Source: Deltaproteobacteria bacterium (GTDB taxonomy: Bacteria; Desulfobacterota; Deferrimicrobia; J040). From it: 48,574 bases of DNA. The notes beneath the pieces were generated by a model. The model was not told the DNA's origin, did not search any database, and saw nothing but the letters and a program-made list of their open reading frames with translations. Shown here one piece after another: positions 40,410 to 48,574 of this stretch. Numbering within the stretch: position 1 is the first letter of the stretch; each line of letters opens with the position of its first letter. The translations under genes were made by a program, and so were the position numbers. The stretch is from positions 1-48,574 of the forward strand of contig WVXK01000002.1 in the NCBI GenBank assembly GCA_011773515.1, given 5' to 3'.

Positions 40410-40431
40410 TTGTATACTGTTGATTGTATAC
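40410..40431. promoter_or_regulatory. direct repeat TTGTATAC-N6-TTGTATAC in the nuo upstream region (possible operator)
   Basis: TTGTATAC occurs at 40410-40417 and again at 40424-40431, and each copy contains the palindrome GTATAC. It lies just downstream of a TTGACA at 40386-40391 and overlaps TATACT at 40413-40418 (spacer 21 nt, so the promoter assignment is weak). Confidence 0.3.
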
Positions 40432-40531
40432 ATTAAGGGTCAATTCCTAGACCATACAACGGAAAAGCTGGTTTGGCGTTTATTAAGTGGAGATTTTTTT
40501 GCGCCTGCGCAACCGTAAGTGGGAGAGATGA

Positions 40532-40957
40532 GTGATGCTTCTGCATTACGCCACGGTGCTCGTGTTTATCATTCTGGCAGCATTTACCGTTACGGTAATG
40601 CTCCTTCTTTCCCGGCTGATCCATCCGAGAAAAGAGAACCCCGTGAAGAGGCAGACCTACGAATGCGGGGAGGTCCCTTTCGGGCAGTCCTGGATCCAGT
40701 TCAACATCCGCTTCTACGTGGTAGCCCTCATTTTCATCATATTCGACGTAGAGGTCGCCCTCCTCTATCCCTGGGCCGTGGTCTTCAAGAAGCTGGGGAT
40801 GGTGGCCTTCGTGGAGGCCTTCATATTCATCGTGATACTTCTGGTCGGTCTCGCCTATCTCTGGAGGGAGGGTGATCTTGACTGGGTCAGATTGCTCCCG
40901 GCCGATGAGGGATCCGGCCCGTCAAAAGAGAAGGAGGAAGAGAAGGTAGCGGCATGA
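40532..40957 (+). CDS. nuoA: NADH-quinone oxidoreductase subunit A (with C-terminal extension)
   Basis: [12 protein letters not shown]...[22 protein letters not shown] is the NuoA/ND3 signature. About 25 extra acidic or Lys-rich C-terminal residues are present. Confidence 0.9.
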   Translation: MMLLHYATVLVFIILAAFTVTVMLLLSRLIHPRKENPVKRQTYECGEVPFGQSWIQFNIRFYVVALIFIIFDVEVALLYPWAVVFKKLGMVAFVEAFIFIVILLVGLAYLWREGDLDWVRLLPADEGSGPSKEKEEEKVAA

Positions 40958-41445
40958 GAGGGAATCCGAACCAGGCCCCTGAAGCGGGGGTGTTGCTCTC
41001 GACGGTGGACAGGTTCATAAACTGGTCGCGAAGGTCGTCGCTCTGGTACCTGCTCTTTGCCACAGCCTGCTGCGGCATAGAGCTCATGCAGACAGGTGCC
41101 TCGCGGTATGACCTCGATCGGTTTGGGGCCGTCTTCAGGGCGACACCGCGCCAGTCGGACCTCATGATCGTGGCCGGGACCATAACCCACAAGATGGCGG
41201 AGCGGGTGAAGCGGCTCTACGATCAGATGCCCGAGCCCAAGTACGTGATCGCCATGGGGTCCTGCGCCAACACGGGAGGGCCTTTCTACAAGGATTCCTA
41301 CTGTGTCGTGAAAGGGGTCGACCTCGTGATTCCCGTAGACGTCTACGTTCCGGGATGCCCTCCGAGGCCCGAGGCCCTGCTCGACGGAATCATCAAGCTT
41401 CAGAAGATGATCGACGTGAAGAAAAACTTCGGGGAGAAAGCCTGA
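40954..41445 (+). CDS. nuoB: NADH-quinone oxidoreductase subunit B
   Basis: The N2-cluster Cys motifs are [22 protein letters not shown] and [11 protein letters not shown]. Confidence 0.93.
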   Translation: MRGNPNQAPEAGVLLSTVDRFINWSRRSSLWYLLFATACCGIELMQTGASRYDLDRFGAVFRATPRQSDLMIVAGTITHKMAERVKRLYDQMPEPKYVIAMGSCANTGGPFYKDSYCVVKGVDLVIPVDVYVPGCPPRPEALLDGIIKLQKMIDVKKNFGEKA

Positions 41446-41446
41446 G

Positions 41447-41920
41447 TTGGAGGAAAAAGCGATCTACAGCCTTTTGGAGGAGCGGTTCGGGGAGGGCATC
41501 GTCGGCGATTTCCAGGAAGAGGGGTCCGGCCCCGCAGCCGTTTACGTCAAGTCCGATGAAATACAGGAAGTGTTGCGATTTCTGAAAGAAGACGGCCGGA
41601 CAGCGTTCGACTCCCTCATGTGCCTTTCCGGAGTCGACTTTGAGGAGGAGATCCAGGTTGTGTACCACCTGCACTCCATGACCCATCGCCACACAATAGC
41701 GCTCAAGGCGAAACTGAACAGGGAGAGGCCGCTGATTCCAACCGTGGAAGGCATCTACCCCGTTGCAAACTACCACGAGAGGGAGGCCTACGATCTCCTG
41801 GGGATAATCTTCTCCGGTCACTCTGACCTCCGCAGGATCCTCCTTCCCGAGGACTGGCCGGGACACCCTCTCAGAAAAGACTATATCTACCCTGATCAGT
41901 ATCACGGCATCAAGGTGTGA
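41447..41920 (+). CDS. nuoC: NADH-quinone oxidoreductase subunit C
   Basis: ANYHEREAYDLLGIIFSGHSDLRRILLPEDW is the 30-kDa subunit signature. The start is TTG. Confidence 0.9.
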   Translation: MEEKAIYSLLEERFGEGIVGDFQEEGSGPAAVYVKSDEIQEVLRFLKEDGRTAFDSLMCLSGVDFEEEIQVVYHLHSMTHRHTIALKAKLNRERPLIPTVEGIYPVANYHEREAYDLLGIIFSGHSDLRRILLPEDWPGHPLRKDYIYPDQYHGIKV

Positions 41921-43047
41921 TCATGGAGCGGCAGCTACCAAAGAGCGACGAAATACTCATAAACATGGGGCCCCAGCATCCTTCAACCCACGGGGTGCTG
42001 CGGGTCATATTGAAGACGGACGGCGAAGTCGTAACCGACGCATCTCCCGACATCGGCTACCTTCATCGGGCTCTCGAGAAGATAGCCGAGAGGGTTACCT
42101 ACGCCCAGTACATGCCGTTCACCGACAGGCTCGATTACCTGGCTGCAGCCAACTGCAACTGCGCCTGGGCCTGGACGGTGGAAAAGGTCGCCGGGATCGA
42201 GGTGCCCGAACGGGCAGAGTTCATCCGGGTAATCGTGTCGGAGCTGAACAGGATAGCGAGCCACCTGATCGCCTTCGGCGCCTTTACCGCCGACATGGGC
42301 GCCTTCACGCCCTTCCTGTACGGCATACGGGAGAGGGAGCGGATAAACGACCTTTTCGAAATGATCTGCGGAAACCGCCTTACCTACAACTATGCCCGGA
42401 TCGGTGGCGTGTCCCACGACCTTCCCGACGGTTTCCTGGACAAAGTGACCGAATTTCTCGACTATTTCGAGCCGAAGATCGACGAGTACAACGAGCTGAT
42501 CTCCTACAACAAGATCTTCGTCCACCGGCTTGCGAACGTGGGCATCGTATCGAAGGAAGACGCGGTAGCCTACGGCCTGGTGGGCCCGAACCTGCGGGGG
42601 TCGGGCGTCGAGTGGGATATCCGGAAAGACGAGCCCTACTCGGTGTACGACCGGTTCGATTTCGACGTCATCGTCGGCACGGGGGAGAAGGGGACCCTGG
42701 GCGATGCCTTCGACCGCTACATGGTGCGAATCAGGGAGATGAAGGAAAGCGTGAAGATACTCCGCCAGGCCCTTGAGCAGCTACCCGACGGCCCGGTTCA
42801 GGCAAAGGTCCCGCGGGTCTTTAAACCCGAGGCGGGCGAGATCTACTTCAGGTCCGAGAACCCGAGAGGGGAGCTCGGTTTTTACCTCATCAGCAATGGA
42901 ACGACGAGCCCCTACAGGGTGAAGATCAGGACCGGTTCGTTTACCGCCATGACCATATTCAACAAGGTAACGCGGGGGCTCATGATAGCAGATATCGTGG
43001 CCGTTATCGGGAGCCTGGATATCATTCTGCCGGAAATCGACCGGTAA
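41917..43047 (+). CDS. nuoD: NADH-quinone oxidoreductase subunit D
   Basis: NMGPQHPSTHGVLR, GYLHRALEKIAE and the C-terminal IGSLDIILPEIDR form the 49-kDa subunit signature. Confidence 0.95.
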   Translation: MIMERQLPKSDEILINMGPQHPSTHGVLRVILKTDGEVVTDASPDIGYLHRALEKIAERVTYAQYMPFTDRLDYLAAANCNCAWAWTVEKVAGIEVPERAEFIRVIVSELNRIASHLIAFGAFTADMGAFTPFLYGIRERERINDLFEMICGNRLTYNYARIGGVSHDLPDGFLDKVTEFLDYFEPKIDEYNELISYNKIFVHRLANVGIVSKEDAVAYGLVGPNLRGSGVEWDIRKDEPYSVYDRFDFDVIVGTGEKGTLGDAFDRYMVRIREMKESVKILRQALEQLPDGPVQAKVPRVFKPEAGEIYFRSENPRGELGFYLISNGTTSPYRVKIRTGSFTAMTIFNKVTRGLMIADIVAVIGSLDIILPEIDR

Positions 43048-43056
43048 GGGAGAAAG

Positions 43057-44175
43057 ATGGAAGGCGCAATCAATTCTCTGACCCAGGCCATACCATTCCT
43101 GGGTGCCGTTCCCCTCTGGGTGATGCAGGCGGTCTTCATGATCGTCGTGGCAGGAGTTATACTCGGTTTTGCCCTCCTGTACGAGGGGGTTGCCTCCTAT
43201 ATAGAAAGGAAGGTGGCTGCCGATATTCAGGTCAGGATAGGGCCGAACAGAGTCGGCCCCAACGGATGGTTCCAGTTTATCGCCGACGGCGTTAAGCTTC
43301 TGCTCAAAGAGGATCTCATCCCGGCGAAAGCGGATAAGTTTCTCTTCGTTCTCGCTCCCTTCTGCTGCTTCGTCGGCTCCTTCGCCGCCTTCGTCGTCGT
43401 CCCCTTCGGGATCGGCCTCATCGCGGCGGACCTGAACATCGGCGTCTATTATGTCATAGCCGTCACGTCGCTGGTCGTTATCGGTATCCTCATGGCCGGG
43501 TGGGCATCGAACAACAAGTGGGCCCTTCTCGGCGGAATGAGGGCAGCAGCGCAGATCGTGAGCTACGAAGTCCCGGTGGGCCTGGCGCTCATGCCGCCCA
43601 TCCTCCTGACGGGCAGCCTGTCTCTGCAGACGATCATAACGAATCAGGGGGGGTTCCTCGGCATCTTCGGCTGGAACATCTTCCACAACCCCTTCATGAT
43701 ATTTTCATTCGTGTGCTACTTCATCGCAGCCCTCGCAGAGTCGAACAGGACACCATTCGATTTGCCCGAAGCGGAATCTGAGCTCGTGGCGGGTTACTTC
43801 GTCGAGTACTCGGGCATCCGTTTTGCTTTTTTCTTTCTGGCAGAGTATGGGGACATGTTCGTCGTCAGCGCCCTCGCTGCGGCACTCTACCTGGGGGGTT
43901 GGCAGGTTCCCTTCGTAAACGTGGCCGGGCTCCCACCGCTTCTCGGGAAGCTGCTCTCACTGGGCGTTTTCCTCGGGAAAGTGTTCTCGCTGATCCTTCT
44001 CATGATGTGGGTGCGCTGGACGCTTCCCCGGTTGCGCGTCGACCAGTTGATGAGAATGTGCTGGAAATACCTGGTTCCCCTGACCTTCGTGAACCTGCTC
44101 GGCGTGGCGCTGTGGGCGCTCATGTTTGACGGAAAGGGAATACCCGCATTAATAGCCTCGATGATTGGGGGTTGA
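43057..44175 (+). CDS. nuoH: NADH-quinone oxidoreductase subunit H
   Basis: ERKVAADIQVRIGPNRVGPNGWFQ, ESNRTPFDLPEAESELVAGYFVEYSG and WVRWTLPRLRVDQLM. Confidence 0.95.
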   Translation: MEGAINSLTQAIPFLGAVPLWVMQAVFMIVVAGVILGFALLYEGVASYIERKVAADIQVRIGPNRVGPNGWFQFIADGVKLLLKEDLIPAKADKFLFVLAPFCCFVGSFAAFVVVPFGIGLIAADLNIGVYYVIAVTSLVVIGILMAGWASNNKWALLGGMRAAAQIVSYEVPVGLALMPPILLTGSLSLQTIITNQGGFLGIFGWNIFHNPFMIFSFVCYFIAALAESNRTPFDLPEAESELVAGYFVEYSGIRFAFFFLAEYGDMFVVSALAAALYLGGWQVPFVNVAGLPPLLGKLLSLGVFLGKVFSLILLMMWVRWTLPRLRVDQLMRMCWKYLVPLTFVNLLGVALWALMFDGKGIPALIASMIGG

Positions 44176-44178
44176 CGT

Positions 44179-44790
44179 TTGATGGGCTTCAGGAAGTACG
44201 TGAAAAATATCTGGGAGGCCGTGTACACCATAGCCCTGGGAATGAAGATTACGGCCCGTTACGGGGTGGACCCGAGAGAGGAGATAACGGAGCAGTACCC
44301 CGAGGATGTCTGGGAGCCCTTCGAACGGTTCAGAGGATTTCTGCACAACGACGTGCCGCGGTGCATATCCTGCTCCATGTGCGCCAGGGTCTGCCCCGTT
44401 GACTGTATCGAGCTCGAATCGTTCATGGGCCCCGATAAAAAAAGGGTCCTCACCCGGTTCGACATCGACATAGGCCGCTGCATGTACTGCGGTCTCTGCG
44501 TCGAGGTCTGCCCGACGAAGTGCCTGACGCACACGGCAGGCTACGAGGGAAGGTCCTCCGTTTCCCGGGGGGAGCTCATACTCAATTTCGTCACCGAGCC
44601 TCCCGAGATGCCTCCCCCGAAGGAGGAAGAGAAGAAGGAAGAGGAAGTGAAGGTTGCCGGGGAGGGACCGGCAGATGAGGATAAGGCGAAGGAGGCGGAC
44701 ACGCAAGGGGAGATGGTAGGCGCTTCCGCGGGAAGCGCGCCGATCAGTCCCAAGAGCGACCCGCCTGACAAGGATGGAGAGGGCGAGTAG
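44179..44790 (+). CDS. nuoI: NADH-quinone oxidoreductase subunit I (with low-complexity C-terminal tail)
   Basis: Two 4Fe-4S motifs are present, CISCSMCARVCP and CMYCGLCVEVCP. A tail of about 65 aa rich in Pro, Glu and Lys follows (PPEMPPPKEEEKKEEEVKVAGEGPADEDKAKE...). Confidence 0.9.
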   Translation: MMGFRKYVKNIWEAVYTIALGMKITARYGVDPREEITEQYPEDVWEPFERFRGFLHNDVPRCISCSMCARVCPVDCIELESFMGPDKKRVLTRFDIDIGRCMYCGLCVEVCPTKCLTHTAGYEGRSSVSRGELILNFVTEPPEMPPPKEEEKKEEEVKVAGEGPADEDKAKEADTQGEMVGASAGSAPISPKSDPPDKDGEGE

Positions 44791-45288
44791 ATGAAGGGTC
44801 CGGCGGATATCATATTTTACGCAATCGCTTTCGTTACGGTCGTTTCGGCCGTTCTGGTTGCCCTCCTGCCGAACATCATCCACGCTGCGATTGCCCTTCT
44901 CTTTACCTTTGCGGGGGTGGCGGGCCTCTACGTCTTCATGAGCGCGGATTTCCTGGCGGCCACGCAGCTGCTCATATACGTGGGGGGGATTTTGGTGCTC
45001 ATCCTGTTCGCCGTGTTTCTCTCGAGCAGGATTTCGAGCGTGAAGATGAGTAACCCCGCGCGGTTCATGATCCCGGCGGGGGTTGCTTTCCTGGGGATCC
45101 TGGGCGGGCTGATCTACGCCCTCCACAACACGCAGTGGGCGGGCAGCGGCGAGGTCGTCTACGATCCGACCACGGCAAAGCTCGGGGAGCTGCTCATGAC
45201 GAAATACCTTTTGCCCTTCGAAGTGGCATCGGTGCTGCTTCTGGCGGCCCTGGTGGGAGCTGCGCTGCTCTCGAGGCCGGGGGATTGA
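44791..45288 (+). CDS. nuoJ: NADH-quinone oxidoreductase subunit J
   Basis: A five-TM hydrophobic protein in the nuoJ position, with AATQLLIYVGGILVLILFAV and EVASVLLLAALVGA. Confidence 0.88.
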   Translation: MKGPADIIFYAIAFVTVVSAVLVALLPNIIHAAIALLFTFAGVAGLYVFMSADFLAATQLLIYVGGILVLILFAVFLSSRISSVKMSNPARFMIPAGVAFLGILGGLIYALHNTQWAGSGEVVYDPTTAKLGELLMTKYLLPFEVASVLLLAALVGAALLSRPGD

Positions 45289-45298
45289 GAGGGGTGGT

Positions 45299-45601
45299 TT
45301 GATGGTCGAAAAAGTTCTCATTGTTTCAGCCGTCCTCTTCTGCAGCGGGCTCTTTACCATCATTACGAGGAAAAACGCCGTGGCGATACTGATGGGCGTC
45401 GAGCTCATCCTGAATTCGGCGAACATCAACTTCATCGCATTTTCCAAATCAGCTTCAAATATACTGGGGGGCCAGATATTTGCGATCTTCGTGATCGTCC
45501 TGGCCGCCGCCGAGGCGGCCGTGGCTCTCGCCATTTTCATCAGGTTCTATTCCATTGCCGGGACGGCGGATGTGGATTTCGCCGATAGACTGAAAGGCTA
45601 A
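45299..45601 (+). CDS. nuoK: NADH-quinone oxidoreductase subunit K
   Basis: LMGVELILNSANINFIAF...IVLAAAEAAVALAI is the NuoK/ND4L signature. The protein is 100 aa. Confidence 0.9.
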   Translation: MMVEKVLIVSAVLFCSGLFTIITRKNAVAILMGVELILNSANINFIAFSKSASNILGGQIFAIFVIVLAAAEAAVALAIFIRFYSIAGTADVDFADRLKG

Positions 45602-45615
45602 AGAGGGGTGACGAA

Positions 45616-47754
45616 GTGTTCGAATATGCGTTCCTGATCCCGCTGCTTCCACTGATCGCCGCCTTCGTCCAGATTTTCGTGGGAAAGAGGCTCCCCCGGA
45701 AGGGCGACTGGGTTTCCATCTCTGCGATTCTTGCTTCATCGGTGGTATCCTTCGGGATCTTCGCGCAGGCGCTCAGGATTTTCGACCCGGAGCTCCTCTA
45801 CCGGGCGAGCTATCCCTGGCTCGATATCGGCGGGCGCTTCACCATCGAAATGGGCATCCTCATTGACAATATGACGGCGGTGATGCTCGTGGTGGTCTCC
45901 GTCGTATCGGCGCTGGTGCACATCTACTCGGTGGGGTACATGCACGGGGACCCCCGGTACAGCAGGTTTTACGCGTACCTTTCCATATTCTCCTTCTCCA
46001 TGTACGGCCTGGTCCTTTCGGACAACCTCTTTGCCATATACATATTCTGGGAGCTCGTCGGCGTCTCTTCCTACCTCCTCATCGGGTTCTGGTTCGAGAA
46101 GAAGTCGGCCGCCGATGCCTGCAAAAAGGCGTTTTTGACCACCCGGGTCGGCGACGTGGGGATGTTCATCGGGATCTTGATCTTCTTCCTCACCACGGGG
46201 GTGTTCAATTACTTCGACGTCTTCAAGGCCGTTGCCGACGGGCAGATTTCCGGAACGCTCCTCACCGTGGCGGGTATCGGGATATTTTTCGGGGCAATAG
46301 GGAAATCGGCCCAGTTCCCCCTCCACGTGTGGCTTCCCGATGCCATGGAGGGCCCGACGCCCGTTTCGGCATTGATCCACGCGGCCACCATGGTCGCGGC
46401 CGGGGTCTACCTCGTTGCCCGTGTCTACCCGATATTCACCCCCGATGCCTTTCTCTTCATAGCCTACATCGGGTGCATCACCCTCTTTATCGCCGCCACG
46501 ATAGCCATCGTTCAAAACGACATAAAACGCGTGCTCGCATACTCCACGATCAGCCAGCTCGGGTACATGATGCTCGGGCTCGGCGTGGGCGGCTTCACGG
46601 CGGGTATGGCACACCTGACCACCCACGCTGCGTTCAAGGCATGCCTCTTTCTCGGGTCGGGAAGCGTCATCCACGCTGTCCACACCCAGGACATACAGGA
46701 GATGGGCGGGCTCTGGAAGAAGATGCCCGTGACCTTTGCCACCTTCCTCATCGCCACGCTCGCCATATCGGGCGTGCCGCTCTTTTCTGGCTTTTACAGC
46801 AAGGACATGATTCTTGCCAAGGCGCTCGAGTTCGGCATGGTAAATTCCCGGCACATGGTCCTCTTTGTTTTCGCCGCCCTCACCGCCGGGATGACGGCCT
46901 TTTACATGTTCAGGATTGTGATCCTCACCTTCTTCGGCAAGACGCGGGACGAGGAAAAGTACCACCACGCCCATGAATCCCCGTTGAACATGACGGTGCC
47001 CCTGGTCATTCTCGCCGTGCTCTCCTTCAAGGTCTTCTTCACCTACAACGGCTGGTTCGACAAGCTCATGCACGGCCCCGTGTTTCCCAGGGAGCTCAAG
47101 GCACAGATGCTCACCCTGTCGGAGGTCCCCGCCCCCGCGCCGCATGGCGAGGCGGTGGTGATAGGAGAGGGGGAACACGCTGCCGTTGCGCCGGCCGCCG
47201 AGGAAGTGCACACGGCGCCAGCCCCGGGGCACGGTGAGGCGGAAGTGGCTGCCGGCCACGAAGCGGGCGCCGGCCACGATCGGGAGCACATAGCCCACAC
47301 CGCACATTCCCTTGCGGGAAAGATCTCCCTGATCGTCGTGGCCATCGGCATCTCCCTGGCACTTGTCTTCTACCTGTTCGGCATGGTCAACGTTCAGAAG
47401 GTGGCTGCGGCGGTGAAGCCCGTGTATCTGTTTCTCTTCAATAAATGGTATTTCGATGAGCTCTACCACCACCTCCTGGTGAGGGTCATACTCGCGGTCA
47501 GCAGGTTCCTCGGCTGGTTCGACCTCTACATCGTCGACGGGCTGGTAAACCTGGCCGGCCAGCTCGGTGTCTGGGTATCGGCCCTGGCGGGGAAGTTCGA
47601 CGACTTCGTCGTCGATGGGACGGTAAACGGCCTGGCGAACTCGACGATCGGCAGTGGCGGTTTCCTGCGGCGGTTCCAGACGGGAAAACTGCACCATTAC
47701 ATATTTGCCCTTGCAGGAGGGCTGCTGGTAATAATCATCGTCAAAGTATTTTAA
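45616..47754 (+). CDS. nuoL: NADH-quinone oxidoreductase subunit L (with His/Ala/Glu-rich insertion)
   Basis: The antiporter-like core includes FWELVGVSSYLLIGFWF, KSAQFPLHVWLPDAMEGPTPVSALIHAATMVAAGVYL and STISQLGYM. At 712 aa it is long because of a low-complexity insertion before the C-terminal helices. Confidence 0.93.
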   Translation: MFEYAFLIPLLPLIAAFVQIFVGKRLPRKGDWVSISAILASSVVSFGIFAQALRIFDPELLYRASYPWLDIGGRFTIEMGILIDNMTAVMLVVVSVVSALVHIYSVGYMHGDPRYSRFYAYLSIFSFSMYGLVLSDNLFAIYIFWELVGVSSYLLIGFWFEKKSAADACKKAFLTTRVGDVGMFIGILIFFLTTGVFNYFDVFKAVADGQISGTLLTVAGIGIFFGAIGKSAQFPLHVWLPDAMEGPTPVSALIHAATMVAAGVYLVARVYPIFTPDAFLFIAYIGCITLFIAATIAIVQNDIKRVLAYSTISQLGYMMLGLGVGGFTAGMAHLTTHAAFKACLFLGSGSVIHAVHTQDIQEMGGLWKKMPVTFATFLIATLAISGVPLFSGFYSKDMILAKALEFGMVNSRHMVLFVFAALTAGMTAFYMFRIVILTFFGKTRDEEKYHHAHESPLNMTVPLVILAVLSFKVFFTYNGWFDKLMHGPVFPRELKAQMLTLSEVPAPAPHGEAVVIGEGEHAAVAPAAEEVHTAPAPGHGEAEVAAGHEAGAGHDREHIAHTAHSLAGKISLIVVAIGISLALVFYLFGMVNVQKVAAAVKPVYLFLFNKWYFDELYHHLLVRVILAVSRFLGWFDLYIVDGLVNLAGQLGVWVSALAGKFDDFVVDGTVNGLANSTIGSGGFLRRFQTGKLHHYIFALAGGLLVIIIVKVF

Positions 47755-47771
47755 AGGGGGTCCCGTAGCAC

Positions 47772-48574
47772 ATGGAAAACCACATCCTATCTCTGATGAT
47801 TTTTCTGCCCCTCCTGGGCGCGTTCTTCATTCTCTTCGTCCCCAGGGGGAAGGACAACGTGGTAAAGATCATCGCTGCCCTGTTCTCCTTCATTCCGGTC
47901 CTTCTGTCGGTGAAGCTCTTTTTCGCGTTCAACAGGACACTGCCCGGCGTCACGGACTACGGGACGTTCCAGTTCATAGAGCACTACCCCTGGATCAGGG
48001 CGTTCAATATCGAGTACTTTATCGGCGTGGACGGGATCAGCGTCCCCATGGTTCTGCTCACGGCCCTGCTCTCCTTCCTCGCCGTGGTAGGGTCGTGGAA
48101 CATCGAGAAGCAGATCAAGGGATACATGGCCCTCTTTCTTCTGCTCGAGACGGGGATGATGGGTGTTTTCTGCGCCCTTGACTTTTTCCTCTTCTACGTT
48201 TTCTGGGAAGTCATGCTCCTGCCCATGTACTTTCTGATCGGCATCTGGGGGGGGCCGCGACGGGAGTACGCGGCGATCAAGTTTTTCCTCTACACCCTCC
48301 TGGGGTCGGTTCTCATGCTCCTGGTCATGCTCGCCCTCTACTTCAACACGATGAACCCGGAGACGGGCGCCCACACCTTCAACATGCTCCACTACATGAA
48401 CCAGGCTACCCACAACGCCTGGCTGAAAGGCTTCGACATACGGATCATGCTCTATATCGCGCTCTTTATCGGCTTCGCCATCAAAGTCCCCATCTTTCCG
48501 TTCCACACGTGGCTTCCCGACGCACACGTTGAGGCCCCCACGGCCATTTCTGTCATCCTGGCGGGCGTGCTCCT
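47772..48574 (+). CDS. nuoM: NADH-quinone oxidoreductase subunit M, N-terminal part (runs off the right edge)
   Basis: Translation from ATG at 47772 gives MENHILSLMIFLPLLGAFFILFVP...FYVFWEVMLLPMYFLIGIWGG...KVPIFPFHTWLPDAHVEAPTAISVILAGVL, open to the end of the window. It is not in the ORF track because no stop lies inside the window. Confidence 0.9.
   Translation, partial: MENHILSLMIFLPLLGAFFILFVPRGKDNVVKIIAALFSFIPVLLSVKLFFAFNRTLPGVTDYGTFQFIEHYPWIRAFNIEYFIGVDGISVPMVLLTALLSFLAVVGSWNIEKQIKGYMALFLLLETGMMGVFCALDFFLFYVFWEVMLLPMYFLIGIWGGPRREYAAIKFFLYTLLGSVLMLLVMLALYFNTMNPETGAHTFNMLHYMNQATHNAWLKGFDIRIMLYIALFIGFAIKVPIFPFHTWLPDAHVEAPTAISVILAGVL

Noticed and set aside
45736-47697. A 653-aa minus-strand ORF antisense to nuoL. 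Others lie at 44149..45540 (nuoI/J/K), 47787..48527 (nuoM), 25099..26328 (atpI/atpB), 32199..33419 (CoA-transferase), 36117..37646 (ligase) and 37763..39412 (deacetylase/thioesterase).
   Set aside because: This is the same high-GC antisense artefact. The sense strand encodes proteins with diagnostic motifs, and the antisense products are highly charged, repetitive and motif-free.

Overview
This 48.6-kb high-GC bacterial window covers the replication-origin neighbourhood. On the minus strand lie yidC (partial), yidD, rnpA and rpmH, divergent from dnaA-dnaN-recF-gyrB-gyrA. A long co-directional run of housekeeping genes follows, many with overlapping stop/start codons: a BamD/YbgF-like TPR lipoprotein, a 522-aa unknown, gpsA, nadA, mfd, two SurA-like chaperones, pdxA and uvrA. 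Next comes a split F-type ATPase membrane sub-operon (atpZ-like, atpI, atpB, atpE) and a convergent hemL. Two accessory blocks follow. Block (i), 28.5-31.9 kb, is a tightly packed six-gene cassette of proteins I cannot assign to characterised families; it includes a tandem paralogue pair, a 472-aa K/E-rich protein and a DUF4177-like protein, and it is the best candidate here for an undescribed system. Block (ii), 32.2-39.3 kb, is an acyl-CoA module: two family III CoA-transferases, small Cys-containing proteins (one missing from the ORF track), an AMP-forming ligase, an HDAC-type deacetylase and a hotdog thioesterase. The window ends with a divergent U32-family gene and a nuo operon in the order nuoABCD-HIJKLM with no nuoEFG. 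Non-coding signals include DnaA-box clusters on both sides of dnaA and several sigma70-like promoters and intrinsic terminators. Two convergent-gene junctions also carry unusual inverted arrays of tandem heptamers. I found no tRNA/rRNA, CRISPR array, transposase or integrase. BamD-like, SurA-like and lipobox proteins suggest a diderm organism, and the gene content suggests an anaerobe, but taxonomy cannot be settled from the sequence alone. All calls rest on reading the translations and the DNA; no database search was run.
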